64,000 nucleotides of DNA from Takakia lepidozioides (taxonomy: Eukaryota; Plantae; Bryophyta): NCBI GenBank assembly GCA_030704615.1, contig CM060734.1:62000001-62064000 (forward strand), in the 5' to 3' direction. The position numbers and the translations under genes were made by a program. The notes under the pieces were generated by a model that saw only the letters and a program-made list of their open reading frames with translations, was not told where the DNA came from and did not search any database. Positions 11,167 through 23,213 of the stretch are shown one piece after another; within the stretch, counting starts at the first letter, position 1; each line of letters opens with the position of its first letter.

Positions 11167-12450
11167 ATGGCTCTGCATATTAGAGAAGGGTTGGCAGGGA
11201 GGAGGGAAGGGCACCCTTCAGCTCACCTAATGTGTACCTCTTCTTCACCAGCAATTTCTTTTCATTCTGGAATATGCGGCAGGGTGTCTCACCAAGAAAG
11301 CTTCGGAGGCGCATGTATTTCGACTTTGTCACTAGGGGTCTTATGCCCGCAGAAAAACTGTCTAATAGGCGTGTCTCCACGAGCGATGTATGGCTCTGAT
11401 GTGCTCCCAGGAGTGGCACGCCTTAGGGTCAGGCGAGCGGGCATACATCGGGGAGTTTCACGGCCTATGCGTTCCTCATGTGACAAACACAGCAGTCTGG
11501 CTTGTAGAACCAGCGTTGCTTTGGGATGGAGGAGGAGTACTCGACCCATCAGCCAGTTTTGCTCCATTGGAGGTAAGGGCTTCTCAGCAGGGTCTGAACA
11601 GAGGAGATTATCTGTAGCTGCAGTTCGATCTGGTGACAGTGATGCAGAGGTTGGGGGCGTCACCAGGAGGGCAGCCATAGTCGAGCGCAGCGAAAGCGCT
11701 ATTGAAGAGCTATTGCTTTTCTTTTTTCAGCTAGACCTCGCTATGCGATTGCAGCGGGCATTGAACCAGGATGCTTATGAAGTGGCGCAACAACTGCGCG
11801 AGAAAGTTGCAGAGGTAGAACAGGAAGTGGCCCGTCAGAGAGAAGCGAAGATGGGATCTTCATCCAAGGATGAAGCCCAAGACAATTCTATAACAATTTT
11901 GCAGCTAAGAGCAGAGCTACAGAAATCGATAGAAGAAGAGAACTATGCTGGGGCGGCTGCCCTGCGTGATAGATTATCTTCACTTGAAGCTGAATCCTTA
12001 GCGGCACAAGCAAGAGCGTTGGCGTTCCAGAAGCGCGACTTTCAGTTTCACTTAGGTCAGAAGATCAAGCACAAAATGTATGGCTACCGGGGCGTTGTAT
12101 GTGGGATGGATCCCTTGTGCTGTGAATCGGGGAAATGGGCAGAAGCGGCTGGAGTTGATGAGCTTCCTCGCGGCAGAAATCAACCCTTTTATCAGGTGTT
12201 GGTAGATATTAGAGAGCAGCCATCATTGATGCTGGCTTATGTGCCTGAAGAGAATCTTTCTTGCCCAGAGGAGGCTGACCTGGACCCCTTTGATCATCCG
12301 TACACCTACTTTTTGTTCTACGGTATGGATGGGGCAGGAGACTTCATACCATGCAAGCAGCTAAGAGAGAAATACAATGCACCCCGCCGGGAGTTGCCCT
12401 GGGATGAGGATGGGGGCAACTTGCCCTCTGGTACTGGAGGCCCTACTTGA
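11167..12450 (+). CDS. ClpF: Chloroplast Clp protease adaptor ClpF (UVR + YccV-like domains), intronless CDS
   Basis: Ser/Arg-rich transit-peptide-like N-terminus; ELLLFFFQLDLA; UVR motif (LQKSIEEENYAGAAALRD); YccV-like FHLGQKIKHKMYGYRGVVCGMDP…NQPFYQVLVD…AYVPEENL…FDHPY. Confidence 0.93.
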   Translation: MALHIREGLAGRREGHPSAHLMCTSSSPAISFHSGICGRVSHQESFGGACISTLSLGVLCPQKNCLIGVSPRAMYGSDVLPGVARLRVRRAGIHRGVSRPMRSSCDKHSSLACRTSVALGWRRSTRPISQFCSIGGKGFSAGSEQRRLSVAAVRSGDSDAEVGGVTRRAAIVERSESAIEELLLFFFQLDLAMRLQRALNQDAYEVAQQLREKVAEVEQEVARQREAKMGSSSKDEAQDNSITILQLRAELQKSIEEENYAGAAALRDRLSSLEAESLAAQARALAFQKRDFQFHLGQKIKHKMYGYRGVVCGMDPLCCESGKWAEAAGVDELPRGRNQPFYQVLVDIREQPSLMLAYVPEENLSCPEEADLDPFDHPYTYFLFYGMDGAGDFIPCKQLREKYNAPRRELPWDEDGGNLPSGTGGPT

Positions 12451-13283
12451 GTCAGCTTCACTCTGATTTATAAAGCGATTCTGCTACTTCATGAATGCTG
12501 GAATCTGTTGTATCTATGTCCAACTTCCATCTACTGGTGGGCACCTGACCCCACGTCGCTCCCTTTCTTTGTTGGAAACAGAGACCTAGGTGCATTGCAG
12601 TTGCACTACTGTGCAAATTGTTGTTAGTCCTTCTTCTGATCCAGATGGGAAAAGTGAGAGTATGTACTGCAATGGCCCACCCCCAACAGGGTAGTATCCA
12701 CAAGGCAAAGTGGCTCTTTAGTTATGCTGGCCTAGGCCAGAGTCTTGTGTCTCTATTTATTGCAAAACAGTTGACCTGAAAGTGAGAACTGACATTGAAG
12801 AGGAGGTTGACACAAAGAAAGGCAGGGTTATACATATGAAGAAGTACCCAGACCATATTTCTAGCAAATAACCAAGGCGATCCTCAACAGTGGCAAGTGT
12901 GATGTCCTTGTGTGAAAGCAGTCTTGGTATGAGAGGGAATTCTGGCATAATTCTGACATCATCAGCCAGTTAAGGAAACATGATGTCCCCATCAACTAGG
13001 GACGTTTAGGGCATATGTGTGCAGAAGAAATTTCACAAGCAAATTTCAACATGCAATCTGTATTTTATAAGAACAGATTATTGCAGGTGTTAGAGCTTTG
13101 CAGATGGTACACAATCCAAGCAGGACAGAAGGGGCTTTCATAGGCCAGACATCCAAATCTGAGGTGTATGCAATGGATGTTGAGATGATGGGAATGGACA
13201 GATTTGTGCACCACATCCTGCAATGGAAGTGTAGGTAGTGCGAAAACAAACAGCAAGTGACTTGTTGTTGAGCACCAAAAAAG

Positions 13284-13308
13284 TGGATGGATGGATGGAT
13301 GGATGGAT
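13284..13308. repeat. (TGGA)n microsatellite
   Basis: Direct reading of tandem TGGA units. Confidence 0.9.
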
Positions 13309-13359
13309 GTGATATGCTAAATGTGGCTAGCATGCATCCAGGGGAAAATATGTTTTGGC

Positions 13360-13735
13360 CATGCAGGCAATGGGGCAGAGGATTTCATCAACAAATACCA
13401 AAGAAATCATGTTATCAAGCATATATGCTGCAGCTGGCAGATGGGATGATCAAAGCAAAGGTGAGGCAATTGATGGAGGATACATGTGCTATTAAAGAAC
13501 CAGGGCACAGTTGGATTGAGATCTACAGGCGGAGTGCTTGCATTTGTGGTTGAAGTCTCATCCACAGATTAAGGAAGTCAATGCTGGACTGAACAGACTG
13601 TCTGAGCTGATGGAGGAGGCCAGGTATGTGCTTCACACTCGCTTTGCATTACATGATGTCCATGTCATCAAGAATCTTCAAGTGTGTGGGGACTGCCACA
13701 CTGCCGCAGAGTTCACCTCAAAGATTGTTGGGCGA
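13360..13735 (+). pseudogene. PPR E/E+/DYW fragment
   Basis: KEPGHSWIE (PG box), SHPQIKEV…LHD and IKNLQVCGDCH. The HSE segment is deleted and there are frameshifts. Confidence 0.88.
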
Positions 13736-13954
13736 CTACGGGATGAAGATGGGTCAGACATTTCTCGACAAACATGCCAGATTTGAACAGGACATGAAAA
13801 CTTCAGCATTAAATGTTCCCAACTGGTGTAGTAAATGCCTGAACAAAACATCAGCTTAGACATTTTTTTAGCTGGCTATATCGGACACCTTGCAGTCCTT
13901 GCACGGTTCAAATGCTTTGGTAACCTTGATGGGCCTGAATGAAAATAAGTGCCT

Positions 13955-16942
13955 TCACAGTAATTCTGAGATCTGTCACATCCAATGTCAACAGAATGTT
14001 CAATTGGAGCTGAGCAACTTCTAGCAGGAAATACATGGGTTTCTCTACTTAGAAAGTTGTCAGTGAAGTAAAAAGAGGTCAGTAGAAAACCCACACTTCA
14101 TTGCTGGACCAGTCCAACAACAGTTTCAAGACAAAAAATGTGTCAAAGACAGGAAAAGACTACTAACATGAATTGGCATCTCATCGATGACAACACCACA
14201 GCTCTCCTCAATGCTGCGCAGCATGCCCACCTCACCTCCTACAACCATGCTTATCACGATGCCACCTGTCCGGATGCCCAAATCCATGATTAGGAACCCA
14301 TAATAAATCAACTGCGGTCAGGATGTCTAAAATACAACAAGATGAACACATGAAATTTTGGTCCTTCGACGATATGTTCCTTTCAGAAGACCCACCCTAT
14401 TCCACAATCAATTCCCAAGAAAATCTTGCCATCATTGAAATGTACAATTTTCTTGACTTCCTCAGATGTACAGAAACATCTATTATTTGCTAAGTTGGGA
14501 AAAACAAACAAACAAATGACAGTTACAATCTACCAAAGAAAGCCAAGATTTGGATGCTCTCTACACATTAGAGATTTAGTACTGTTTCAATTGAAATTTG
14601 TCAAAAAGAAACTTCATCAAATGTCAAACTTAAGATTGTGCCTCCTCCATGGGCTCTACTAGAAACTTGTGTTTTTCATGTCCAAGGCTTCAATTCTTTG
14701 ATCCTCCAACAAAGGGAACGACCAGAAGGACACGGCAGATCCTAGCTGGTACACAACTGACATGAGTGTCCTCACCTGAAACACCACCAGAAGTTGTACC
14801 CCCAGTGACACTTGGCGCACTTGCTAAACATGCTGCCATCCTCCTCATAAATGCTTCCTGCCATCCAAGCACTTGGGTTACCGGTCTGGATAAAAGCTTG
14901 ACAAAGGAGTACATAAATATAAGAATATTCTGTGGCTGCTTCCCACCTTCCCACCCCACACAAAATCTCACATAGCTGTCCAGAGATCTCCATTTCCTAT
15001 AAAAGAGTACAGGTTTTCCTATTCTAGTAGGCTGATGACCATGTCAGTCACTACAAATGTGACAGAAACGCCCACATAAGAACAAGTGTAACCTTTTTAA
15101 CAGGCAGGTCATAGTGGATTAGAACCCGAGCACCAAGAGAAGGCTCCCCTAATGCTGCCGCTGGCAGACATGCATCAGTTGTCACCAGAAGGCCTGACAT
15201 CTTTGGTTGTGCCCTTTCATCTTCATTGCTTTCTGATTGGAGTACACTGCTCTCAAAAGTACTGTGGGTCCAGTCTGCCACCACTGCGTGGAAATTGGTG
15301 AGCGCCTCTGTTCGCTCTGTTTCTCCCTGATCACTATGCTGTGGTCCCAGAGCACATACCAGTGAGTAGGAAAGCCTCGCACATCACTCGCAACTCCTTG
15401 ATAAAGATTCAAGTGTCATACATACCATCTGAGACTTCATGATAATAACTCAGGAATAACTGAAGAAGAATGTATTTCACCACCAAAAGCAGTACTCTCC
15501 ATGATTGCAAGACCAGTATAGAGGGACAGGTCTTGCTTGAAACAGTAACATAAGAACATGTATGTTTACGTTTACATGGTATTCTTATACAAATATTACA
15601 CAGCATGACTGATAGTTATTCCTTCAATGGCCAAGGGAGAAGGTTCATGTGATGTCACAAGAAAGAAGGATGAAAAGACTTGACAAACTTAAAAGAGACC
15701 AGAATATGTGGAAATAACGTGGGCTCTTTTGTCAAGGTCAACACAGTAATACCCGCGTATGGACTAAATACCCAGTCAAGGATTATGTACCTACACTCAT
15801 ACTGATCCCTCGATATAGAGGAGAAGAAATGGTGGACAACAAACCAGGAATACAAGAGAGAATTGCTGGGAAGCAGAGACTCTGGCACAGACAGCATCCA
15901 GACTGTCGCGAGCACTGCAACAGATAGCTACAGGCAGGCTAGCCCTGCGGGCCAGCACCATTAGCAAATCAACCAGAGTTTCCTGCACAACCAAACATGA
16001 CGTCAGGGTTAGGGCTTTTATTACTATGAAGTTGTCTGACTTGTAAATTGTGAATCACAAAGACCATCTTGCATACTAGAAAAAGCCCTTCCTTCACAAT
16101 GAGTATATAATGCATATAAATCATACCAGGAATTGCAACCATGTAATCTTCACAGCTATCTTGAATTTTGGTAGGCCTGGTGACACAAGAATGAAAATGT
16201 GCATATGCTAATTGAACTAATTCGCTGCTAAGGGACCTGTGCATAGCCACCATCTTATACTGTTGCCGATCCACTGCTATGTAGTACTGCTGTAATGCTT
16301 CTCCCTCCCGATGCCTGAAAACCACGCAGCGAGGTCCATAATTTGCTTAGTGCCTTGCCACCTTCACCTTAATGACTACGAAATTTGCAGCCCCGCAAGA
16401 CATCGAGATTCACAGCCATAAGTCCACATTGCAGTGCAGCAAATCACGTTTCCAGTCAGCGTCAGGTTCTAAGAAAGTTGCCAACCGCAGAGCTTGGGAT
16501 AAGCAACTTAATCATTTTACAGCGGTGACATGCTGCGATCAATTCCTATACCACCCGACTTCGAATTTGCGAAGAAGCGTACTGGCCAGTTCTCTTGCTG
16601 GATCATTTGATGAAAACTCTTGACAACAAGGAAGCTTCGAACTGCGTGGTGATACTATGCACCTGCAGAACTAACGGAGCAGGGCCATAGAGTCTGCATG
16701 TCGATATCAAATGTTGTGCTTGCCGTCTAATCGAGTGAAAAATATCCAATCCTTGCGATCAAACCATAGACCCTCCGGGAACAGAACTAACTCACGGAAA
16801 AAGCCGTAACTGTTAACCTATGGCAGGGTTGACTGAGGAAGTAGGAGTTGGATGGGAGACAAGGAAAGGTTGTGGAGCCATGAGTGGCAGACCTGCGAGG
16901 AGCAGCGGCCTGCGGGTCGGCGGACGCATCCACTGCTGCCAT
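13955..16942 (-). CDS. eIF4A-like protein with only a degenerate C-terminal RecA domain (7 exons)
   Basis: Exons ~16942-16893 (MAAVDASADPQAAAPR), 16314-16251 (…LQQYYIAVDRQQYKM), 15982-15845 (ETLVDLL…PVAICCSARDSLDAV), 15338-15093 (HSDQGETER…LLVTTDAC…VLIHYDLPVKK), 14857-~14810 (EAFMRRMAAC), 14265-14168 (IVISMVVGGEV…EMPIH) and 13972-13955 (ISELL*). GT-AG sites. Resembles the plant eIF4A-like family from memory. Confidence 0.85.
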
Positions 16943-18371
16943 TGTGAGCTGCCTCGGGCCAACACCAAACAATCCCTTGCTCTGCAAGCCAGGGTTTATG
17001 CGGGTTTATCAAGTTAGGGCTCGCTTCCACCCTTCCCATATTTACAGTAAAAATGTCATTTGCTCCAGACATTCCGAACATTTTTCCCTTAGTTCTGTTC
17101 ACTTTTCCTGTAAATTGTTTATAAAAAGGGTAGAGAAAGAATGGCTCGTAGATTTAGGCCCGTGTTCGGAACAATTCTCGCATCACTCGCTCAAGCCTCC
17201 ATCCCGCATCCTTCATCAAACGCTTATGGATCGTTTAAACAGGTTGGTTTACTTTGAAAATTCGTCTTGTGCCAAACTTCTCAGTCTAGTAATACCTTTG
17301 AGGTCGGGTAGATGGGTCATCGATGGCCGTCTCTGGGTGCGCTGATGATGTGCAATCCGATCGCCGTGCAAGTTACTTTATGTCGGCTTCATTAAAAGAC
17401 GGTCTTATATCTAAGTATCATACGATTGAAGTACCCAAATCAGTTTCAGAGGATATGCTCAAGATTGTGGCGCTTGAAAGCAGATAATTGTGGGCAGGAC
17501 ATTGTGATCAGATTGTTTCGTCACCTTACAACTATTGTCGTTTAAACAAATCTTAGATCTCTAGAGATCTACATCAAATCAATTTGTCGGCCATTACCGC
17601 TGAGAAATTATGTACATAGTCGACCTCCCTTCCGAATCACTTCTGTTTGCAGCTTTGTATTATGTTTGTGGATCTGCTTCCAGCCAACCCATGATCTATC
17701 TCACAGTGAAGTGAGGGCCATGCGGTGCTATGAATAACAATATCGAATTTAACCACATTTGTTCTGGACGTAACACTAAACCCACGCTAATCTAGATATT
17801 TACGTCTAATGTTTAATAATATCCGTGATACACTTCAATTTGCAGCAAAGTACTGAACGGTGGCATGCAGAGTCCAGACTCTGCCAAGAATAGCTTGATT
17901 TATAAAAAAAGAAAACTTGGCCCGGAGAACTTAGATATCGATCTAAAACGGGGTTTTGAGCTCGAGAGAACACAATGATGCTGCAGCCAAACTCTATTTA
18001 AGAGTGTTCAATGAAGAGAGTCTAAGAAGGCAGTGGCTGAGTTCATCACCTACGTGTATAGATAGATGCCATCTCACTTGGATATCTCCATATATCCTCT
18101 CGGTAGCCCTCACTTAGAACTGTTTGTTTTGTAGAGACCAAATTCACAATCGAGTTGGTATCTGTAGGATTTCAGAACCTAGGTAGAGGTTTGCTTTTGG
18201 GGTTTTGCAGCAACTTCCTCAAATTCGTACACTTGGTCCTCCAAGTTGATTTTCGCAGGACGATCTTAGAGTGAGTACTACTTTTGGAAGCACTGGCCTC
18301 CTTATACTCGATTGAATTTCTCTCTAGACACAATTTTAAGCATAGATCTGGATCATCTTGCCAGAGTCACA

Positions 18372-20459
18372 ATGTCGAAGTCTTCATCAAGCATGCAGAA
18401 CTCGTGCTTGATACGACTGCAGCGCGATATCAAGGAGCTGGCGAGGGAGCCCATGGAAGGCATTCATGTCTGCGTCCATGAGAACAATATGAGGGGCATG
18501 TGTCTGGTTCTTTCGCCACTTGTTGGCCCTTTTCATGGTCTCCGACTGCACCTGGATGTCAGAATTCCAGAGTCCTATCCCAAGTGCCCACCCACAGTTT
18601 CCATTCAAACGCCGGTGAACCATCCCAATGTGTTCGGCAGGTATATTTGCTGCGATATTTTGAAAGCTGTGGACAATAACTCTGACTTCACAAACTACAA
18701 TGGAGGCTACACCCCCGCGTATCTCCTCAAGTACATCTTCCTTCAGCTTCTAAGCTTCTTCTCCGACGAGTATGTGGATCAAGACTATGGCGGCCGGCGG
18801 TTGAAGGTCGACACCAGTCGATCATACTCGTCAATATTCGATGAGTTCAGAATTTCTATGTCAGAAGTAGTGAAGAAATTCAGTTGTCAAACGTGCGGAT
18901 TCAACGTTCATTTGGGCGCAGTGGTGAGCGATTCTAGTATGCATATTGGCACAACGTCGAACTCTCCGTTGCCGTCCATTTCTTCTTCAGTAATGGAAAT
19001 AGACATGTTCTGCGAGGAAGATGATAATGAAGCTTGTGTTCTTGACAAGTTGGGTAACGACTGCTGGCTGACTATTCTGGATATGCTCTCAGATCAAGAT
19101 ATGCTTAAATTATCGCATGCTTATCGGGGGGCGAGGCGGGTGATGACCACCCACAACGTTCTCTTGCGCAGGCAGCTCATATGTTTCTATCTTCGCAAGA
19201 CATTTCTTGAATCCGTGCTTGGCATAGGGATCAGTGTAACCTTTCCTTCTCCACGAAAGGCAGAGAAAACAGTCGCGGTGTTCGATTTATTCTCGCACGA
19301 AGCTTTTCAGGAACACGGACTGCGCAAGGGGATCTGGGGCGAGAGATTCGAGATTTTTCTTCCAGTCATTCTAAATGATGAACACTTTCGCCGCGCAGAG
19401 CCGATCATTCAACAAGCAATGGTACAGTTGGTGAATTGGAAAGTAGACAGCTCTCTCAACGGTTCTATCAACGGAGCCTGGACCCCCTTCATGGTTTTGC
19501 AGACCATTCCATCGCTGATGAATACAATGGTGTTCAACCTCGTAAAATCCTGTGATGAGGAAGCCGAAGTTTCAGCGCTTGCAGGGACGACGGTGCTCAA
19601 GGCCTCTGAGAAAGCACTGCAGGGATATTGTCTTTTGTTCCATCTTTTCTCCAAGCTTTCGGCACGTTATCCAGAGGTTGAAGATGAAATCCGCAGAAAA
19701 GTTGGGGTCTTCATGCAGGATAGGGCAGGCCGAAGCAAGACTGCAACTCCCAATCTAGGCGAGTTTCTCACGTATCTTCTGTTGATCAAGGATATCAGTT
19801 GGTCAGAGTTTTGTGGCTTTTTCCTCGAAGAACTCCTCGCACGGAACGTGGTTTGGTACCTCGGTGCAAATCCGCATCTTGCGCACTTAGAGCCACGGAC
19901 CCATGTTTCTCAACTGAGGCTTCGTGACACCTTTCGTGCGAGTGCAGTATCCTTGAAACTCGTAATGTTCCAAATGATTTTCTTTTTCAGGATGAGAGGG
20001 TCCACAGACGAAATTGAGCAACGCTATGGATATCCATCCGAGGAGATGAGTTCATCTCTCTTTCGGCTCATCAAGGACATTTACGCTGTGAATGACTGGG
20101 GTGTTTTTCTGAAGCTGGTGAGATATCAGATTCCGGAGGGAGTCGCTTGGCAACCGCTTGTCGCTCACATGCTGCAGAACGCTATTCAGCTCAGCGAGCA
20201 CAGAAAGTACCATGAAGTTCCTTATACACCTCTTCAACTTTACTATTTTCGACAGCGCGTGGAACCTTCATGCCCCGCACCTACAGGGTGGGATCCTCGC
20301 ATACAACATCAGTTGTCTCCTTCAAATTTTAGGTCAGGCCGGAGTTTCTTTCCTGGGAACCCACAGAAAGGAAACAACCATAATCTAGGAAGAGGTCACC
20401 CCAGATCCCATACTGGTGTTTCAGGGCAAAGGAGAAGCTTTTCCGGTGGTAGGATGTAG
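18372..20459 (+). CDS. Intronless ~695-aa protein: N-terminal ubiquitin-conjugating (E2) domain, CxxC, F-box-like motif, large uncharacterised C-terminal domain
   Basis: RLQRDIKEL…GPFHG…IPESYPKCPPTV…HPNVFGRYICCDIL (HPN motif plus Cys at the catalytic position); CQTC; LDKLGNDCWLTILDMLSDQDMLKLS. Uninterrupted 2.1-kb ORF with first ATG at 18372. Confidence 0.88.
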   Translation: MSKSSSSMQNSCLIRLQRDIKELAREPMEGIHVCVHENNMRGMCLVLSPLVGPFHGLRLHLDVRIPESYPKCPPTVSIQTPVNHPNVFGRYICCDILKAVDNNSDFTNYNGGYTPAYLLKYIFLQLLSFFSDEYVDQDYGGRRLKVDTSRSYSSIFDEFRISMSEVVKKFSCQTCGFNVHLGAVVSDSSMHIGTTSNSPLPSISSSVMEIDMFCEEDDNEACVLDKLGNDCWLTILDMLSDQDMLKLSHAYRGARRVMTTHNVLLRRQLICFYLRKTFLESVLGIGISVTFPSPRKAEKTVAVFDLFSHEAFQEHGLRKGIWGERFEIFLPVILNDEHFRRAEPIIQQAMVQLVNWKVDSSLNGSINGAWTPFMVLQTIPSLMNTMVFNLVKSCDEEAEVSALAGTTVLKASEKALQGYCLLFHLFSKLSARYPEVEDEIRRKVGVFMQDRAGRSKTATPNLGEFLTYLLLIKDISWSEFCGFFLEELLARNVVWYLGANPHLAHLEPRTHVSQLRLRDTFRASAVSLKLVMFQMIFFFRMRGSTDEIEQRYGYPSEEMSSSLFRLIKDIYAVNDWGVFLKLVRYQIPEGVAWQPLVAHMLQNAIQLSEHRKYHEVPYTPLQLYYFRQRVEPSCPAPTGWDPRIQHQLSPSNFRSGRSFFPGNPQKGNNHNLGRGHPRSHTGVSGQRRSFSGGRM

Positions 20460-23213
20460 AAGCAAAGGCAACTGGTAGTTGCAATCTCAAAGACATCATG
20501 GGTGAGGTCAACAGTGCAGTAGCATTTGCATACATTGAGTAGAGTGAGAGGAGTAAATGCAATTTGTGTCCACATCACTAGAACGAGCCAGAGCAGATTT
20601 TGTATCTTCACTCTCCCACAACCTACGGATAGAGACTTGCAGATGGGAACACCTACCGCCTATGTCCAGCTTGCATAGGGCGCAGCCAGGAAATTGAAAC
20701 TGAAGAACACTTCTTCTTCTACTGCCCTCTATACTACGAGATCCGTGGGAGATTCCACTGTTTATTCAGAGGAACCTAAACTCTCACTGATATCTTCCAC
20801 TATGAGGATAAAAAATGCTTGGCAGCCTACCTGCACGAGGCCTTCACCCTTAGACAATCGCTAGAACATTAGTTCTTATTCTTGGGTTCTGGATTTGTTC
20901 CTCTCTCATGTTTTCTTCCATTTTGTCCCATAAGCTCTATGAGCTTTCCGCGGACGTTATAAAGCACCATTTCATTTCATTTCATTTCTCCTTTCAACAT
21001 GAATAATGTGAAGTCTGTGCATCGAAATCAGAGGGCAATGTTCAAGACTAGTACATATTGTCGTCGAACATCTCCGTCCTGTCCGCCTATGCTAGTCACG
21101 TCACAATGTGATAAGAATACTTATCAACCCATGTCCACCACAACTGCAAAACTTTCAAAATACCATCGGCACCTGTAGTGACAAACCAACACAAAGCGAA
21201 CAGCGGGAAACCTGTAGATAGTACCTAAGCACAAGGCGATAGTCTTTTCCTCACTTGCATCAACTTGCAGTTACAGTTCTTCCGTTACAGCAGTGACCAT
21301 GCGATGCTACAGATGTGTGCACCAAGTTCAGCTTCATGCCTACTCACCTCCCATTGATCGGGGAAATCGTCGTCTCATTGTTTCTACGTAATATAATACT
21401 TTGTCTTCTTCTTTAGTAAAGATATACCTGTCTCGTGAAGCTTACAAGGGGGCAACCTCCCTCAGAGCAGCTCTACAGAGCAAAAAATGGTATCAGAGGC
21501 ACTTCTCTGGCGACTAGTGTGGAAAGCCTCGTGGAAGCACAATGCAGGCACAATGCACGGATGCATCTCGCGCGATGAGCGTGAAGGTAACTTATGTGAA
21601 AGCCTGACCCGGCACCTGCAACCATGGATGCAGTGAGGAACCAATTGGCTTGGTTTGGTCATGTACATCGGCGCACAGTCAAGACAAAATGAATCTCTCC
21701 ATTTGGAGCCCTGATCCGATATAATGGAGCTGATTCTTGTAAGGCTGTCTGTTGAGCGCATTAAGTTCCGCCAGTAGTAGTGTCTTAGAAGTCTGTGATC
21801 AGCCCGTCCGAGAGCTTTCACTTGGCTTGAGCCTCAGAGATTCCTTTTGGGATGTACTATAATTTGAGGTTATCAAACCTGTAGAGTATTACTGAGGCAT
21901 ACTTGTGGACAATCTGGCTTTGGAAGACTCTCTCACAGAGGTGTATAATTCAGCAACCGAGCTCTGGAGCATGGGGGTGCAGCTGTGTGCGGTCGCAGTC
22001 TCAGCCTTATTGCCAAAGGCACTATGAGGCCTAGAAATCTAGAGCTTGAGGTCCTGTTGGATTCTTTTGTGATTTACAGTATATGTCAGGACTGAACTAT
22101 GGTGTGCAACTATTTTGAACAACAAGGAGTCCTTAAGGCTTCTACTGAGAGCACCATGTAAACGTAGAGAATTGTCATGGTGCGAAAAATGGACCTGCTC
22201 AATACTGGACCACATGGCAATAACGGAGAGCGTCAAATCGATAGTAGAGCAATGGCAAAGGGTAGATGCCAACCCAAGCGGAGAACTCACATGCAGGAAC
22301 GCAAGGGAACAAGATCCCAAAGGGTTTGCGGGTGTGGCTGCGGCAGACTCTTCCTGTCTCGCACCCTGCTTCTTCTCTCTTTCTTTCCCTTTTGCAACAC
22401 ACAACCTGCAATCAACCTTAAGATGTTTTATGCACTGCATCCTGCAGAGGCCTGCAGCATCGAGACCTGTGTGGATCCTTCATTTGTAGTTGAATCCTCA
22501 TTGATCACATTTCGAGACTCCATTTTTCTTCCCTAGTCCTCAAGATGCACTCGAATTTGTGCCCCCTCCTGTTTCTGCATCCTGTACTCGTGAGTACTGC
22601 AGTTTGCAGCCCTGGATTCAAACTGCGTGTGTCGTGAATTTCCCAGATGACAAAACAGTAACTACTGATCTACGACAGCACGATATCTTATTTGGAGACA
22701 TGCCCGAGTCTCCTGTAATCTGAGCGAGGAGGTGGACCATTGGGGCTGAGCCATACAGCCAAGGATTCCGTATGCATCTCCGTTCTTAGCTGGAAAATTC
22801 CAGGCTTTTTTCATATACGTGTTTTCAGGTGAATGCTTTTATGTTATATCCATGGACGCGATTCTCGAGGGGTTTGCGAGTTTGCTACACCTTTCAGTCA
22901 GGCTGGATAGCTAGCTGCCCGCAAAACACTGCCTCTTTGCTTAGGCATTGGACGAGCAGGGAATACCATAAGAAACTTGAGCATGATCGAGTCGTTGTAA
23001 CCGTTACCGGGGTTCTGTATGCTTAGCGACTGTGATCGAGTTGCTTTTGCAGAACTCTGTTCTACATTTGGTGAAATTGGGGAAGATTTGGTGCCTCTCC
23101 TTCCCTCTGTAGATTAATGTTGTGATAACGGACAGAATCCAGAACGGCGTTCCTACATTTGGAGAAAATAAGGGGAAATTCCAGTGGCTTTCCTTCCGTA
23201 TTCTTCGAGACCC

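Noticed and set aside
21462-22630. Minus-strand gene from several 70-130-aa ORFs
   Set aside because: No recognisable domain and no consistent exon chain without stops.
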